Counted from the first letter of the stretch, positions 8,613 through 18,871 are shown. The stretch: DNA of 63,867 bases from Rhodoluna sp. (GCA_044372535.1 JBILRS010000001.1:1-63867); one strand, 5' to 3'. The notes: generated from the sequence alone by a model not told the origin. Numbers and translations: made by a program.

Positions 8613-9193
8613 TGGTCTAACATCGTCTGCTGCAGCACGAGTGCGATGACCGCTTGGTTGGCTTTGGCACGCAGGAGTGTTGGCAGGAACTCGGGCAGGC
8701 AGTTGACCTCTACCGCGGTTGCTCGCTGCCCCAGAGCGACTTCTGCCCGGAGAGTCGCCACCTCGCACTCGAGTGCAATCGGTGCTGGTTCACCCGCCTG
8801 TTCGGTCGCCCAAATATCGACCTGACTGCCGACCTTCAGGTTTGCCGGCAGTGTGTCTTTGAAGGTTAGAACCGTGGGGATGCGGGTGTTCAGGGGCGTC
8901 GCCGTGAGATTGGAGCTTGTCAGCATTTCACCTTGGACGAGTCGGCTGAGGAGCACGGCATCGGCTGGCAGAGTGATCGCGTAGAGCGAGGCCGAGTCAC
9001 CCAGCTGGACCCTGCGCTTTTCGAAGTCGCTTGTCGAGACAACCGCTCCTGACGCGAGATCGGTTTTGGCTACCAGAACCTCGTGAGTTGGGCTCTGTGG
9101 CCAAAGTAGGGCCGTTGCTGCGCCGAGGGCTAGGGCTAGCGGCATCGCCAACCAAGCCGATTTGCGTTTGCCAAGTTTGTGAACTTTTTGCAC
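8609..9193 (-). CDS. SAF-domain protein (CpaB/RcpC-like) with N-terminal membrane anchor
   Basis: TM segment then VLVAKTDLASGAVV..D SAF-like start; LKVGSQVDIW motif. Confidence 0.75.
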   Translation of the reverse strand: MQKVHKLGKRKSAWLAMPLALALGAATALLWPQSPTHEVLVAKTDLASGAVVSTSDFEKRRVQLGDSASLYAITLPADAVLLSRLVQGEMLTSSNLTATPLNTRIPTVLTFKDTLPANLKVGSQVDIWATEQAGEPAPIALECEVATLRAEVALGQRATAVEVNCLPEFLPTLLRAKANQAVIALVLQQTMLDQ

Positions 9194-9218
9194 GCATCAA
9201 GGTTGCGACATTCGCGAG

Positions 9219-9626
9219 CTAGTCGACCCGGTTATCCACAGCGTGGAGTTCGATGCGTCGAATGCAGTCGATTGGGATCAAGAATTCTCTGAAGATGAGA
9301 ACTCGACCTTCGATATCAAGCAGCCTCCCCCGGATGCTTCGGTCGCCAAGCTCGAGGCGAAGCCAGAGTCCGATCAGGCGGGTGCAAGTCTGTCGGATCG
9401 ACTTCGTGGACGTGTCGGCCTCACCCGGTTCGGTTGCGATCATCGGGTTGCCTCGAAAGGCGACCAGATGCCAGCAGTCGGCTTCTAGCAGTAGACCCGA
9501 GAAGTGGTCTTTGCCAAAGACAACTCGGCTGTAGCCAACGGGCTTACGGTTGGTTAGTTTGGCTGTGTTGGTGGTGAGGCGGGTGAAGGAAGCCTCGAGA
9601 TCATCAAGTATCGCGTCAAAGTTCAT
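9219..9626 (-). CDS. Conserved actinobacterial hypothetical protein
   Basis: MNFDAILDDLEA N-terminus; co-oriented with SAF/ATPase genes; GATACT 6 nt upstream of ATG 9626. Confidence 0.65.
   Translation of the reverse strand: MNFDAILDDLEASFTRLTTNTAKLTNRKPVGYSRVVFGKDHFSGLLLEADCWHLVAFRGNPMIATEPGEADTSTKSIRQTCTRLIGLWLRLELGDRSIRGRLLDIEGRVLIFREFLIPIDCIRRIELHAVDNRVD
9232..9240 (+). promoter_or_regulatory. Perfect DnaA box TTATCCACA
   Basis: Exact match to the DnaA box consensus, 39 nt upstream of the SAF gene start. Confidence 0.55.
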
Positions 9627-9662
9627 GGCTGAAGTATCGGCAAGAATAGGGCTCAAAAATTG

Positions 9663-9671
9663 TTATTCACA
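9663..9671 (+). promoter_or_regulatory. DnaA-box-like TTATTCACA
   Basis: One base from TTATCCACA, same orientation as the 9232 box, 37 nt upstream of ATG 9626, in an AT-rich spacer. Confidence 0.45.
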
Positions 9672-9691
9672 AGCAATTAACCCAGATATGG

Positions 9692-9708
9692 ACTTTGTTA
9701 TACAAAGT
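9692..9708. promoter_or_regulatory. Inverted repeat, candidate operator
   Basis: ACTTTGT-TAT-ACAAAGT perfect 7-bp arms in a divergent intergenic region. Confidence 0.45.
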
Positions 9709-9745
9709 AATTATCATTTTCAAACCTGCCGAGAATGAGGTCGAA

Positions 9746-10126
9746 ATGGATAGCGTCACACAACTAGAAAGAGGGGCAACTGCGGAGTTGCCTGACCCAG
9801 TGGAACAGCTGAAGTACCTGGCTCCCGCCGTGATGGAGGTGCTGGAGGGTGTGCGGTCGATTGCCCAGCTGGGCAATCTGGTTACCGAAGACATCTACCA
9901 GTTGCTGAAGAGCAGATCGGCGGCCAAAGCCCGAGATAGGTTCTCGAATTCAAAGCGAATCCCCTGGCCAAACATCAAGGTTTCTCGAGTTCACCACGAG
10001 TACACGAGGCCAAACCTGGTTCAGTCGGTGATTCTTTTAGCCACCGAAAAGCGCACGCGCGCGGTAGCTATTCGCCTGGAAGGTCGCTATGGCAAGTGGG
10101 TAGCCACCGCCATCACGGTGCTCTAG
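9746..10126 (+). CDS. Rv3235-family protein
   Basis: [12 protein letters not shown] and [16 protein letters not shown] motifs; convergent with secA; GAGG SD. Confidence 0.8.
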   Translation: MDSVTQLERGATAELPDPVEQLKYLAPAVMEVLEGVRSIAQLGNLVTEDIYQLLKSRSAAKARDRFSNSKRIPWPNIKVSRVHHEYTRPNLVQSVILLATEKRTRAVAIRLEGRYGKWVATAITVL

Positions 10127-12747
10127 GTGTTTCTAAAGAACGAGCTGCCCTGACCGTTGTTTGGTCGCTTAGGGGTTTCGTCGACAATCTCGGCGTCTCC
10201 CTCTTCGCTCGGGGCCGAGAAGGTCAGGTTCTCTTGGCTCGGGGCAACCGGAGCCGCCTGAACCTCGATGTTGAATAGGTAATTGACGGACTCTTCGCGA
10301 ATCTGACCCATCATCAACTGGAACATGGTGAAACCTTCGCGCTGGTACTCGACAAGCGGGTCGCGCTGGGCCATGGCTCGAAGACCAATGCCCTCTTTCA
10401 GGTAATCCATCTCGTAGAGGTGATCGCGCCACTTGCGGTCGATTACCGACATGACGACTCTGCGCTCAAGTTCGCGCATTGCCTCTTCGCCGATCTGAGC
10501 CACACGGTTCTTGTAAGCAACGCGGGCGTCACTGAGAAGTTCATTGCTCAGCCAGGCCTTGGTCAACTTGGAACGGTTACCCGCCTCGGCAAGAACCTCA
10601 GAGATTTCAATGCCTACCGGGTAGATGGTGCGAAGTTCTGCCCAAAGTGCTTCGAGATCCCAGTCGGCACCGTGTTCGAAGAGGTGGTTCGACACCACGT
10701 TTGTAATGACGTCCTCGATGAAGGTGTCTACGCGATCTGCGATGTCATCACCCTCGAGAATGTGACGGCGATCGGTGTAGATGGCTTCGCGCTGGCGGTT
10801 TAGAACGTCGTCGTACTTCAAGACGTTCTTGCGCTGCTCGGCGTTGCGCGCCTCAACCTGCGACTGCGCGCTAGCGATAGCGCGGCTAACCATCTTTGAC
10901 TCAATGGCGGTGTCGTCAGGTAGGTTGCGGTTGTTCATCAGGCTTGCGGCTGCTCCAGAGTTGAACAGACGCATCAGGTCGTCGGTCATCGAAAGGTAGA
11001 AGCGTGATTCACCCTGGTCACCCTGGCGACCGGCACGACCGCGAAGCTGGTTGTCGATGCGGCGAGACTCGTGACGTTCGGTGCCTAGGACATAGAGTCC
11101 GCCCACTTCAAGAACCTTGGCCGCTTCTTCGGCGACCTTGGCCTTGATCTCTTCGAAGGCGGTTGCCCAGGCTGCTTCGTACTCTTCTGGGTTCTCCTCA
11201 GACTTGAGACCCTTCTTACCGAGAGCCTCAACAGTTAGGAACTCGGCGTTACCACCGAGCATTACGTCGGTTCCACGACCGGCCATGTTGGTGGCAACCG
11301 TGACCGAACCGAGACGACCCGCCTGAGCGATGATCGCTGCCTCACGAGCGTGGTTTTTAGCATTCAACACTTCGTGGCGAATACCGCGCTTTGAAAGCAG
11401 GCGAGACAGATACTCGCTCTTCTCAACGCTGGTGGTACCCACGAGCACCGGCTGACCGGATTCGTGACGGGCCGCGATGTCTTCGACGACCATGCCGAAC
11501 TTGACCTCTTCGTTCTTGTAGATGAGGTCTGGCTGGTCGATGCGAATCATCGGCTTGTTGGTCGGGATCGAAACGACGCCAAGCTTGTAGGTGTTCACAA
11601 ACTCGGCCGCTTCGGTCTCTGCGGTACCGGTCATACCCGAAAGCTTCGAGTACAGGCGGAAGTAGTTCTGCAGGGTGACGGTGGCCAGGGTCTGGTTTTC
11701 GGCCTTAACCTCAACGCCTTCTTTGGCTTCGATGGCCTGGTGCATGCCCTCGTTGTAGCGTCGGCCGGCCAGGATGCGTCCGGTGTGCTCGTCGACGATC
11801 AGCACTTCGCCGTCCATGACGACGTAGTCCTTGTCTAGCTTGAAAAGCGCTTTCGCTCTGATCGAGTTGTTGAGGAACGAAATCAGCGGTGTGTTTGCCG
11901 ACTCGTAGAGATTCGAAATGCCGAGGTAGTCCTCAACCTTGTCGATGCCGGACTCAAGGATTCCTACGGTGCGCTTCTTTTCGTCAACCTCGTAGTCGAT
12001 GACTGGTTCGAGCTTTTCGGCAATCTTGGCAAACTCGGCAAACCAGCGGTTTGCGTCGCCAGAAGCCGGGCCAGAGATGATCAGAGGGGTTCGGGCCTCA
12101 TCGATCAGGATCGAGTCAACCTCATCGACGATGGCGAAGTAGTGGCCGCGCTGAACCAGGTCGGACTTAGCCCAAACCATGTTGTCGCGCAGATAGTCGA
12201 AGCCAAACTCGTTGTTGGTGCCGTAGGTGATGTCGGCTAGGTATTCTTCGCGGCGAACGGACGGCTCTTGCCCGGCGGTGATGCAGCCGGTGGTCATGCC
12301 GAGGGCGCGGAAGACGCGGCTCATCAGCTCGCTCTGGTAGCTAGCAAGGTAGTCGTTGGTGGTGACCACGTGGACACCGCGGCCAGCGATTGCGTTTAGG
12401 TAGGCGGGAAGGGTGGCAACGAGGGTCTTACCTTCACCGGTTTTCATTTCGGCGATGTTGCCGAGGTGCAGGGCTGCACCACCCATGATCTGAACGTCGA
12501 ATGGGCGCATGCCCAGGGTGCGCACGGAGGCTTCTCGCACAGCTGCGAATGCCTCAGGCAGTAGGTCGTCCAGGCTCTCGCCGGCAGCGTAGCGCTCACG
12601 AAGCGCGTCTGTCTCGCCGCGAAGCTCTTCATCGGTGAGCTGCTTGAAGTTTTCTTCTAGTGCGTTTACTGCGCGTACGTAGTTGCGAAGCTTCGCGAGA
12701 ACGCGACCCTCGCCCGCACGTAGCAACTTATTGATCACAGATGCCAA
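10123..12747 (-). CDS. secA: Preprotein translocase ATPase SecA
   Basis: [55 protein letters not shown]; TTG start with GGAG SD; no C-terminal Cys zinc motif. Confidence 0.98.
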   Translation of the reverse strand: MASVINKLLRAGEGRVLAKLRNYVRAVNALEENFKQLTDEELRGETDALRERYAAGESLDDLLPEAFAAVREASVRTLGMRPFDVQIMGGAALHLGNIAEMKTGEGKTLVATLPAYLNAIAGRGVHVVTTNDYLASYQSELMSRVFRALGMTTGCITAGQEPSVRREEYLADITYGTNNEFGFDYLRDNMVWAKSDLVQRGHYFAIVDEVDSILIDEARTPLIISGPASGDANRWFAEFAKIAEKLEPVIDYEVDEKKRTVGILESGIDKVEDYLGISNLYESANTPLISFLNNSIRAKALFKLDKDYVVMDGEVLIVDEHTGRILAGRRYNEGMHQAIEAKEGVEVKAENQTLATVTLQNYFRLYSKLSGMTGTAETEAAEFVNTYKLGVVSIPTNKPMIRIDQPDLIYKNEEVKFGMVVEDIAARHESGQPVLVGTTSVEKSEYLSRLLSKRGIRHEVLNAKNHAREAAIIAQAGRLGSVTVATNMAGRGTDVMLGGNAEFLTVEALGKKGLKSEENPEEYEAAWATAFEEIKAKVAEEAAKVLEVGGLYVLGTERHESRRIDNQLRGRAGRQGDQGESRFYLSMTDDLMRLFNSGAAASLMNNRNLPDDTAIESKMVSRAIASAQSQVEARNAEQRKNVLKYDDVLNRQREAIYTDRRHILEGDDIADRVDTFIEDVITNVVSNHLFEHGADWDLEALWAELRTIYPVGIEISEVLAEAGNRSKLTKAWLSNELLSDARVAYKNRVAQIGEEAMRELERRVVMSVIDRKWRDHLYEMDYLKEGIGLRAMAQRDPLVEYQREGFTMFQLMMGQIREESVNYLFNIEVQAAPVAPSQENLTFSAPSEEGDAEIVDETPKRPNNGQGSSFFRNT

Positions 12748-12844
12748 GGCTTGACTCCAAACGGTAATGTCTAGGTTCAATCCTAAACGCTGAGGCTAAA
12801 TGAGCGTTATTTCACCGGCGCTTGCAAGCACTCGAAGGTCTGGC

Positions 12845-13447
12845 TCAAATGTCATTTCTCAGGATAGTTTCAGCGATTGTGACGAAACCGACCACCTGAT
12901 TGCCGGCGGCAGCCATGGCCCTAGCCGCTTCATTTAGCGACGCACCAGTGGTCACCACGTCATCGATCAGGACAACAGCACCAGTGACGGGTTTGGCTAG
13001 CATCGCCCCGACCAGGTTCGCTTCGCGCTCGAGTTTGCTCAGTTTCGCTTGGTCGTCAATCTTTCGATTGAAAACCAGCGCGTGCGCCGAGCCCAGGAGG
13101 CGGCGTCTTGCCAGGCGTTCGGCTAGGAGTTCTGCGGGGACGAAGCCTCGCTTGCGCGTTGTGTTCTGGGCTGATGGCAAACCGACAAGAACCACTCCGT
13201 CCGAAATCTCAATCTCGTCGAGGAGTTTGCAAAAGTCACCGAGTAGAGCCGTGCGTCCGTGCTCTTTGAAGGCGTTGATCGTGTTGGTTGCGATCGGGCC
13301 GTAGTCAATGACAGACCAGCCCGAGATGCCTCTAACAACCCGCCTGGGGTTTGGTCGTAGTTCGTCGAGGCAGTCGGCGCAGATTGCTCGCCCGACCTTT
13401 CGGCAACCGGCGCAGGTGGAGGGTAGGAGAGTTTCAAGAAATTGCAC
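12845..13447 (-). CDS. ComF family phosphoribosyltransferase-like protein
   Basis: N-terminal CAGC...CADC zinc finger; RGF motif; VLIDDVVTTGASL PRT motif. Confidence 0.88.
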   Translation of the reverse strand: MQFLETLLPSTCAGCRKVGRAICADCLDELRPNPRRVVRGISGWSVIDYGPIATNTINAFKEHGRTALLGDFCKLLDEIEISDGVVLVGLPSAQNTTRKRGFVPAELLAERLARRRLLGSAHALVFNRKIDDQAKLSKLEREANLVGAMLAKPVTGAVVLIDDVVTTGASLNEAARAMAAAGNQVVGFVTIAETILRNDI

Positions 13448-13496
13448 GAAGTCAAGTTTGGTGCGGTTCGTGCGGCAAAAACCGGGCTGTTAGTAA

Positions 13497-15152
13497 CTAG
13501 TCGTTCGAGATATGCAGTGCTAGAGCGCCTTGAGCCACGTTTAGCCAGGATGAGCCGCGCGACTCGAGCACATTGCCGTTGGGTTGCAGAACGAAGAGTT
13601 GGCCGATGCCATTCACCGTCAGCGAGGTGGCGTTCTCTACGGCCGTCGAGGCCTTCAGTTGCCCGCCCAAGGTGATTAGGAATGGGATGAAGCCGACCGG
13701 TTGGGTGGGCGATAAGAGCGCAAGGGTAACGCTGTCGGCCCAGGTCACCTTGTCTGAGTTGGCTGGAGCTGAGGTTACCTGCAGCGGCTTACCGAGGTAA
13801 ACCGGCTTGCCGAGCTTGTTGCGCTCAAGCGGGAACACGTAGGTGACCTTGGTTTCGTCGATCAGATAGACGACGGCAATTCTCGAACCCTCGGGCGACA
13901 CCGCGAATGACTGCGGGATGCCGGCAACCCAGGGGTTTGCCAGGAAAGTTCTACCTTCACCAGTGACCATGAACCGAGCGCCTTCGACCGCGTTGAGGGT
14001 CCAGAGGTCTCCCCGCACGTCGAAACTCGGGGCGAGCTGCTTCGATCTGCCATCAATCACTCTGGACTTGTTGAAAGACCCGAGTTCGAGAAGGCTGACT
14101 CCCGCACTAGAAACCAGCGCGAGGCGGTTCGCGAGCTTCGAGTAGGCGAAATCGGTGGGTTGCAGCGCTGCGATCTGATTCGCTGTTCCTGTGATTGCCT
14201 GCGGACTTCCGGTTCCGAGGCGAAGGAGGCTGCTTTCGGTTAACACAATCGGCGATGTGCCGATGCGCGGAGGTAGCCCATCATCGAATTGATCAATTTG
14301 CTGCGGAGTCCGTTGAATCGAAATCTCGACGTTTGTTACATCTGGAAGCTGCTTCAGGGTGGCCGTTATTTGGGCCTTCAACCTGGAGCGTTTTGCTTCG
14401 GGCACTCTAAGCGCAAGCGAACTCAGGTCGACTTGAGCAACGCCATTTTCGACGGTGACCGCGTTGATGTTCAGCTTGGTGCCGGCGGGGATTACGTTGA
14501 CCACCGCGGGCTTGAGCCAATCGGTCGGCCCCTTCAATAGTGCGTTCATCAACCTTGTTCCGGTTGATGCGCGAGATGGGAACCACCGCACATCTGGCAC
14601 CAGGTAGTTCAGGCTCGGCTCGAAGAAGTAAAGCGAATACGAACGGAAAATCACCTTGAAGTTTGGTTGGCTCAGAATCGTTTGGTTGGGGGCAGAATCG
14701 ATGCGCCATTCGCCTGCCGATTGCACGAACTTGATGGTTGAGGTCCGTTTGGTGCCGGCGGGAAGGCTCGTGTATCGCCCATCGGCGTCAATCTGGGCCG
14801 ACACCCCTACTGTTACGCGGTATTCCTGATCGTTGAGCTTGAAGAGCTCAGGGGCACCGTCTTGAATCAGCACCTCTTGGTTTGGCTGCCACTCAGTCGC
14901 AAACATGCTGGTTAGGTACTCTCGCGCCACCGCGTAGTCGTTTTGTGGCCCGTTACCGGAGTTCAAGAAGCCGTAGAGGATTGCCTCTTGAGTCGCACCC
15001 GCGATTGGTCCGGTTTGCGAGTAGTAAACCTCATCGTTGGTCAACCCCGAGGCCACATCTGGGCCGTAGCCGATCTTGCCAGACTGCGGAATCGTGGCGC
15101 AGCCGGTCAGCGCCAAGATAAGCGAAGCAACAATTAGAGCCCTGAGCTTCAT
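13497..15152 (-). CDS. lpqB: Lipoprotein LpqB (GerMN plus beta-propeller)
   Basis: Lipobox LTGC; YLVPDVRW, LLKGPTDWL; downstream of mtrAB. Confidence 0.9.
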   Translation of the reverse strand: MKLRALIVASLILALTGCATIPQSGKIGYGPDVASGLTNDEVYYSQTGPIAGATQEAILYGFLNSGNGPQNDYAVAREYLTSMFATEWQPNQEVLIQDGAPELFKLNDQEYRVTVGVSAQIDADGRYTSLPAGTKRTSTIKFVQSAGEWRIDSAPNQTILSQPNFKVIFRSYSLYFFEPSLNYLVPDVRWFPSRASTGTRLMNALLKGPTDWLKPAVVNVIPAGTKLNINAVTVENGVAQVDLSSLALRVPEAKRSRLKAQITATLKQLPDVTNVEISIQRTPQQIDQFDDGLPPRIGTSPIVLTESSLLRLGTGSPQAITGTANQIAALQPTDFAYSKLANRLALVSSAGVSLLELGSFNKSRVIDGRSKQLAPSFDVRGDLWTLNAVEGARFMVTGEGRTFLANPWVAGIPQSFAVSPEGSRIAVVYLIDETKVTYVFPLERNKLGKPVYLGKPLQVTSAPANSDKVTWADSVTLALLSPTQPVGFIPFLITLGGQLKASTAVENATSLTVNGIGQLFVLQPNGNVLESRGSSWLNVAQGALALHISND

Positions 15153-16705
15153 CGTTCCCTCCGCCCGAGTGGAAGAGGTGATTGCGTGAACTGAACCTTC
15201 TGTTTGCGAGGCAGGGTGAGCCTGAACGTGGTGCCCTTATTTGGGCTCGAAACCAGTTGCAGCCAACCGTTGTGGAGCGTTGTGTCTGCCAAGGCGATGG
15301 CTAGACCTAGCCCCGTACCACCGGTTGTGCGCTTTCGGGCGGGGTCGGCCCTCCAGAATCTGTCGAAGACTCTGGCGACCTGCTCCGGAGTCATGCCCAC
15401 ACCGAAGTCGGTTACCGTAATTGCTACTGCGGTGGCGTTCTGCCCGACTTCGATTCGAACTGGTTTACCTTCTCCGTGTTCGATTGCGTTAGAAAGCAGG
15501 TTTCTCAGCACGCGTTCGATTCGCCGAGGATCAAACTCGGCCTCAACTGGCCCATTCGGGATATCCACCTCAAGCGTGGAGCCCTTGCTGTCAGCAAGCG
15601 GTTGAATGTGTGCCAGCGACAAACCAACGACACCGTTCAGATCCTCAACCTCAAAGTCACCGACAACCGACTTGGCGTCGAATCTCGAAATCTCTAGGAG
15701 GTCGGAGAGTAGATCCTCGAACCGGTTGATCTGACCCGTCAACTTGTCCAGGTTTCGAATGGCAGCCGGCCCGAGCTCTTCTCGCCTGGCCTGCAGTAGT
15801 TCGGCGCTCAACTTAATGGTCGTTAGCGGTGTGCGCAATTCATGCGAAACATCCGAGACGAATTCCTGCTGCATCTGCGACAACTTGCTCAGCTCGCCGA
15901 TCTTGCTCTGCATGCTGTCTGCCATCGTGTTGAACGACTGACCCAGGGCGGCAATGACATCTTCTCCGGCGACCTCTAGGCGCGGTTCCAGGTCGCCTGC
16001 TGCCAGTTGGGCCGAGACATCGGCTGCCCTACGAACCGGACTAACGATACGTCCGGTGACATAGAACGAAACGGCACCGAGGAGCAGAATCAGCACCAAG
16101 CCACCGAAGACCAAAGTGCGTTGCACGAAGTCAAGCGTCTGCTGCGCGCTGCCGAGGTCATAGACCAGATAGAGCTCGTAGGCTCCCGCGACAGGGATTT
16201 CTATCTTCGAACCAACGATGAGGCCAGGGTGAATCTCAGCGCCTGCCTGCAGTGGAACCGATTGATAAACCAACTTCGATTCGTTAGCGCGCACTTCGAG
16301 TCTCAGCGCCTCGGGCACGATACTCACATCTAGTCCGAGCGAAACCGGGGACTGCAAGTACTGACCACTTGAGATGCCGGGGCTGCGCAAGAGCGCAACG
16401 GTGCGGGTCGCGTTGGTGGTCTTCGACTCCAAGTTTGGCACCACTGTGTTCATGAGGCCCTGGAGGGTTGCCGTATCAGTGGATGTTGAGGCGGTGAACG
16501 TGTTTTGCACCTCGACAACCGCACGCTCGGCCTCGATCATGATCTGCTGTTGGCGGGTCTCGAAGAGACCGGCACCGATTGAGTAACTTAGAAAACCACC
16601 GACTGAGACAAGTGCCCCCGTGCTCAGCACGAGCGTTGCCGCGACCCAGCGCGCTTGAAGTGAACGCCTAAAGAAGGCGACCAGGCGCCGGAGAAACTGT
16701 GCCAA
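15149..16705 (-). CDS. mtrB: Sensor histidine kinase MtrB
   Basis: 2 TM plus HAMP; FVSDVSHELRTPLT; RFWRADPARKRTTGGTGLGLAI. Confidence 0.95.
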   Translation of the reverse strand: MAQFLRRLVAFFRRSLQARWVAATLVLSTGALVSVGGFLSYSIGAGLFETRQQQIMIEAERAVVEVQNTFTASTSTDTATLQGLMNTVVPNLESKTTNATRTVALLRSPGISSGQYLQSPVSLGLDVSIVPEALRLEVRANESKLVYQSVPLQAGAEIHPGLIVGSKIEIPVAGAYELYLVYDLGSAQQTLDFVQRTLVFGGLVLILLLGAVSFYVTGRIVSPVRRAADVSAQLAAGDLEPRLEVAGEDVIAALGQSFNTMADSMQSKIGELSKLSQMQQEFVSDVSHELRTPLTTIKLSAELLQARREELGPAAIRNLDKLTGQINRFEDLLSDLLEISRFDAKSVVGDFEVEDLNGVVGLSLAHIQPLADSKGSTLEVDIPNGPVEAEFDPRRIERVLRNLLSNAIEHGEGKPVRIEVGQNATAVAITVTDFGVGMTPEQVARVFDRFWRADPARKRTTGGTGLGLAIALADTTLHNGWLQLVSSPNKGTTFRLTLPRKQKVQFTQSPLPLGRRER

Positions 16706-17398
16706 TTAGTTGGATCCGGCCTTATAGCCGATTCCACGCTCGGTCAACACGAAGTGTGGCGAGTCGGCGTCTTCTTCAATCTTTGAGCGCAGGCGCTGAA
16801 CGTGAACGTTCACAAGTCGAGTGTCAGGCTTGAACTTGTCGTCAGGCTTGAACTGGTAGCCCCAGACCTTGACGAGCAGCTCTTCGCGGCTAAATACCTC
16901 GCCCGGGCTAGCGGCGAGAGTCTGAAGCAAGTTGAACTCGAGCGGGGTTAGCTGCAGGCGGATGCCGTCTTTTCTAACCTCGTGGCCAGGAACATCGATT
17001 GTGATCGGGCCAAGAGTGATGACTTCGGCTCCGGCAGGTTTGGTGTCGCGCAGTCGAGCGTTGATTCTTGCAATCAAAACCGCAGAATCAAAAGGCTTCG
17101 GAACATAATCGTCGGCTCCCGCTTCTAGACCCTTGACGATGTCCTCGGTGTCTGTGCGAGCGGTCAACATGATGATCGGGGTGCCGTGGTTCTGACGAAT
17201 CAGTCCAGCGATTTCGAGGCCGTTTAGTCCAGGTAGCTGGACGTCGAGCAAAACCAGGTCAGGGTGCATCGCGGTGAACTTAGCCATGGCAGCGCCACCG
17301 TCGAGGATTCCTTCTGCTTCAAAGCCAGCAGCTTGGAGGATCTCGACGATCGACTCATTCATCTCTGAATCGTCTTCAACAACAAGAATTTTCTTCAT
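16706..17398 (-). CDS. mtrA: OmpR-family response regulator MtrA
   Basis: Receiver domain DLVLLD; DTRLVNVHVQRLRSKIE recognition helix. Confidence 0.95.
   Translation of the reverse strand: MKKILVVEDDSEMNESIVEILQAAGFEAEGILDGGAAMAKFTAMHPDLVLLDVQLPGLNGLEIAGLIRQNHGTPIIMLTARTDTEDIVKGLEAGADDYVPKPFDSAVLIARINARLRDTKPAGAEVITLGPITIDVPGHEVRKDGIRLQLTPLEFNLLQTLAASPGEVFSREELLVKVWGYQFKPDDKFKPDTRLVNVHVQRLRSKIEEDADSPHFVLTERGIGYKAGSN
16823..16854. repeat. Tandem direct repeat (14-bp identity, 18-bp period) inside mtrA
   Basis: gtcaggcttgaact at 16823-16836 and 16841-16854; encodes QFKPDD-KFKPDT. Confidence 0.9.
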
Positions 17399-17407
17399 CG
17401 GAAACTC

Positions 17408-18862
17408 CTAATACCTGTAGTGATCAACCTTGTAAGGCCCGGCAACCGGGACCCCGATGTAGCGAGCTTGGTCGTTGGTTAGCTCGGTGAGTTCTACTCC
17501 CAGAGCCTTCAAGTGCAATCTGGCCACCTGCTCATCAAGAGCCTTAGGCAGCACGAATACGCCAAGTTCATACTCGTCGCGCTTCGAGTAGAGCTCGATC
17601 TGTGCGAGTACCTGGTTTGAGAACGAGTTGCTCATCACGAATGACGGGTGCCCGGTCGCGTTACCCAGGTTCATCAGGCGACCTTCGCTGAGAATCAGAA
17701 CCGACTTGCCGTTTGGCAGTCGCCACTCGTGAACCTGAGGCTTGATTTCGATTCTCTGAACACCTTCGATGCGCGATATTCCGGCCATGTCGATTTCGTC
17801 ATCGAAGTGTCCGATGTTGGCAACAATCGCTAGGTTCTTCATCTTGAGAAGGTGCTCTGGGCGAATGATGCCTGCGTTGCCGGTTGCGGTGACGAAGATG
17901 TCCACCGATTCAATAACACTTTCGAGCTTGGCTACCTGGTAGCCGTCCATGGCTGCCTGTAGCGCGCAGATCGGGTCGATTTCGCTCACGATAACGCGAG
18001 CACCCTGACCGGACATCGCCTCAGCGGCACCCTTACCGACATCGCCGTAGCCGGCAACGAATACCGTCTTGCCGCCGATTAGGACATCGGTCGCGCGGTT
18101 GATGCCATCTGGCAACGAGTGGCGGATTCCGTACTTATTGTCGAACTTCGACTTGGTGACCGAGTCGTTCACGTTGATGGCTGGGAACAAGAGCTCGCCA
18201 CGCTTGAAAAACTCGTAGAGGCGGTGAACGCCGGTTGTGGTTTCTTCGGTGACACCCAGGATCTCGCCAGCGATGCGCGTGAAGCGAGTCGGGTCGTTCT
18301 TGAGGCTTCCGCGAAGGAGCTCGAGAATCACCGAGTACTCGTGCGAGTCATCGACGCCGGTTGGCGGCACAGAACCTGAGAGCTCAAACTCGCGCCCCTT
18401 GTGCACGAGCAGCGTTGCGTCGCCGCCATCGTCAAGAATCATGTTCGGGCCGTCGAAGCCCTCGTCGCTCCAGTCGAAAATGCGGTCGGTGCACCACCAG
18501 TACTCTTCGAGGCTTTCGCCCTTCCAAGCAAAGACCGGAGATCCGTCTGGCGCGTCAACGGTGCCATCGCGACCAACTACAACGGCAGCGGCAGCTTCGT
18601 CCTGGGTTGAGAAGATGTTGCATGAAGCCCAGCGAACCTGCGCACCTAGATCAACGAGAGTTTCGATCAGGACGGCGGTCTGGACGGTCATGTGGAGCGA
18701 GCCAGCAATGCGGGCACCCTTCAACGGCTGCTCGGCGGCGAATTGCTCACGAAGTGCCATCAAACCAGGCATCTCATGCTCAGCGAGGCGAATCTGGTGA
18801 CGACCCGACTCAGCGAGGGTGAGGTCTTTAACGCGGTGCTCTAGCAAAGCTCTCTCTGTCAT
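17408..18862 (-). CDS. ahcY: Adenosylhomocysteinase
   Basis: [42 protein letters not shown] motifs. Confidence 0.97.
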   Translation of the reverse strand: MTERALLEHRVKDLTLAESGRHQIRLAEHEMPGLMALREQFAAEQPLKGARIAGSLHMTVQTAVLIETLVDLGAQVRWASCNIFSTQDEAAAAVVVGRDGTVDAPDGSPVFAWKGESLEEYWWCTDRIFDWSDEGFDGPNMILDDGGDATLLVHKGREFELSGSVPPTGVDDSHEYSVILELLRGSLKNDPTRFTRIAGEILGVTEETTTGVHRLYEFFKRGELLFPAINVNDSVTKSKFDNKYGIRHSLPDGINRATDVLIGGKTVFVAGYGDVGKGAAEAMSGQGARVIVSEIDPICALQAAMDGYQVAKLESVIESVDIFVTATGNAGIIRPEHLLKMKNLAIVANIGHFDDEIDMAGISRIEGVQRIEIKPQVHEWRLPNGKSVLILSEGRLMNLGNATGHPSFVMSNSFSNQVLAQIELYSKRDEYELGVFVLPKALDEQVARLHLKALGVELTELTNDQARYIGVPVAGPYKVDHYRY

Positions 18863-18871
18863 AAAACAATG

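Noticed and set aside
8613-8768. N-terminal extension of the CpaE-like ATPase
   Set aside because: Overlaps the SAF gene out of frame; GTGA coupling at 8612 fits better
9220-9745. Replication origin (oriC)
   Set aside because: Only two or three boxes and no dnaA/dnaN nearby; actinobacterial origins carry many boxes next to dnaA
12786-12810. aacgct...agcgtt inverted repeat upstream of secA
   Set aside because: Six-bp arms with a long loop and no U tract; expected by chance
18863-18871. SAH/SAM riboswitch upstream of ahcY
   Set aside because: Only 9 nt separate manB and ahcY, and a leaderless-type -10 is present; no room for an intergenic aptamer
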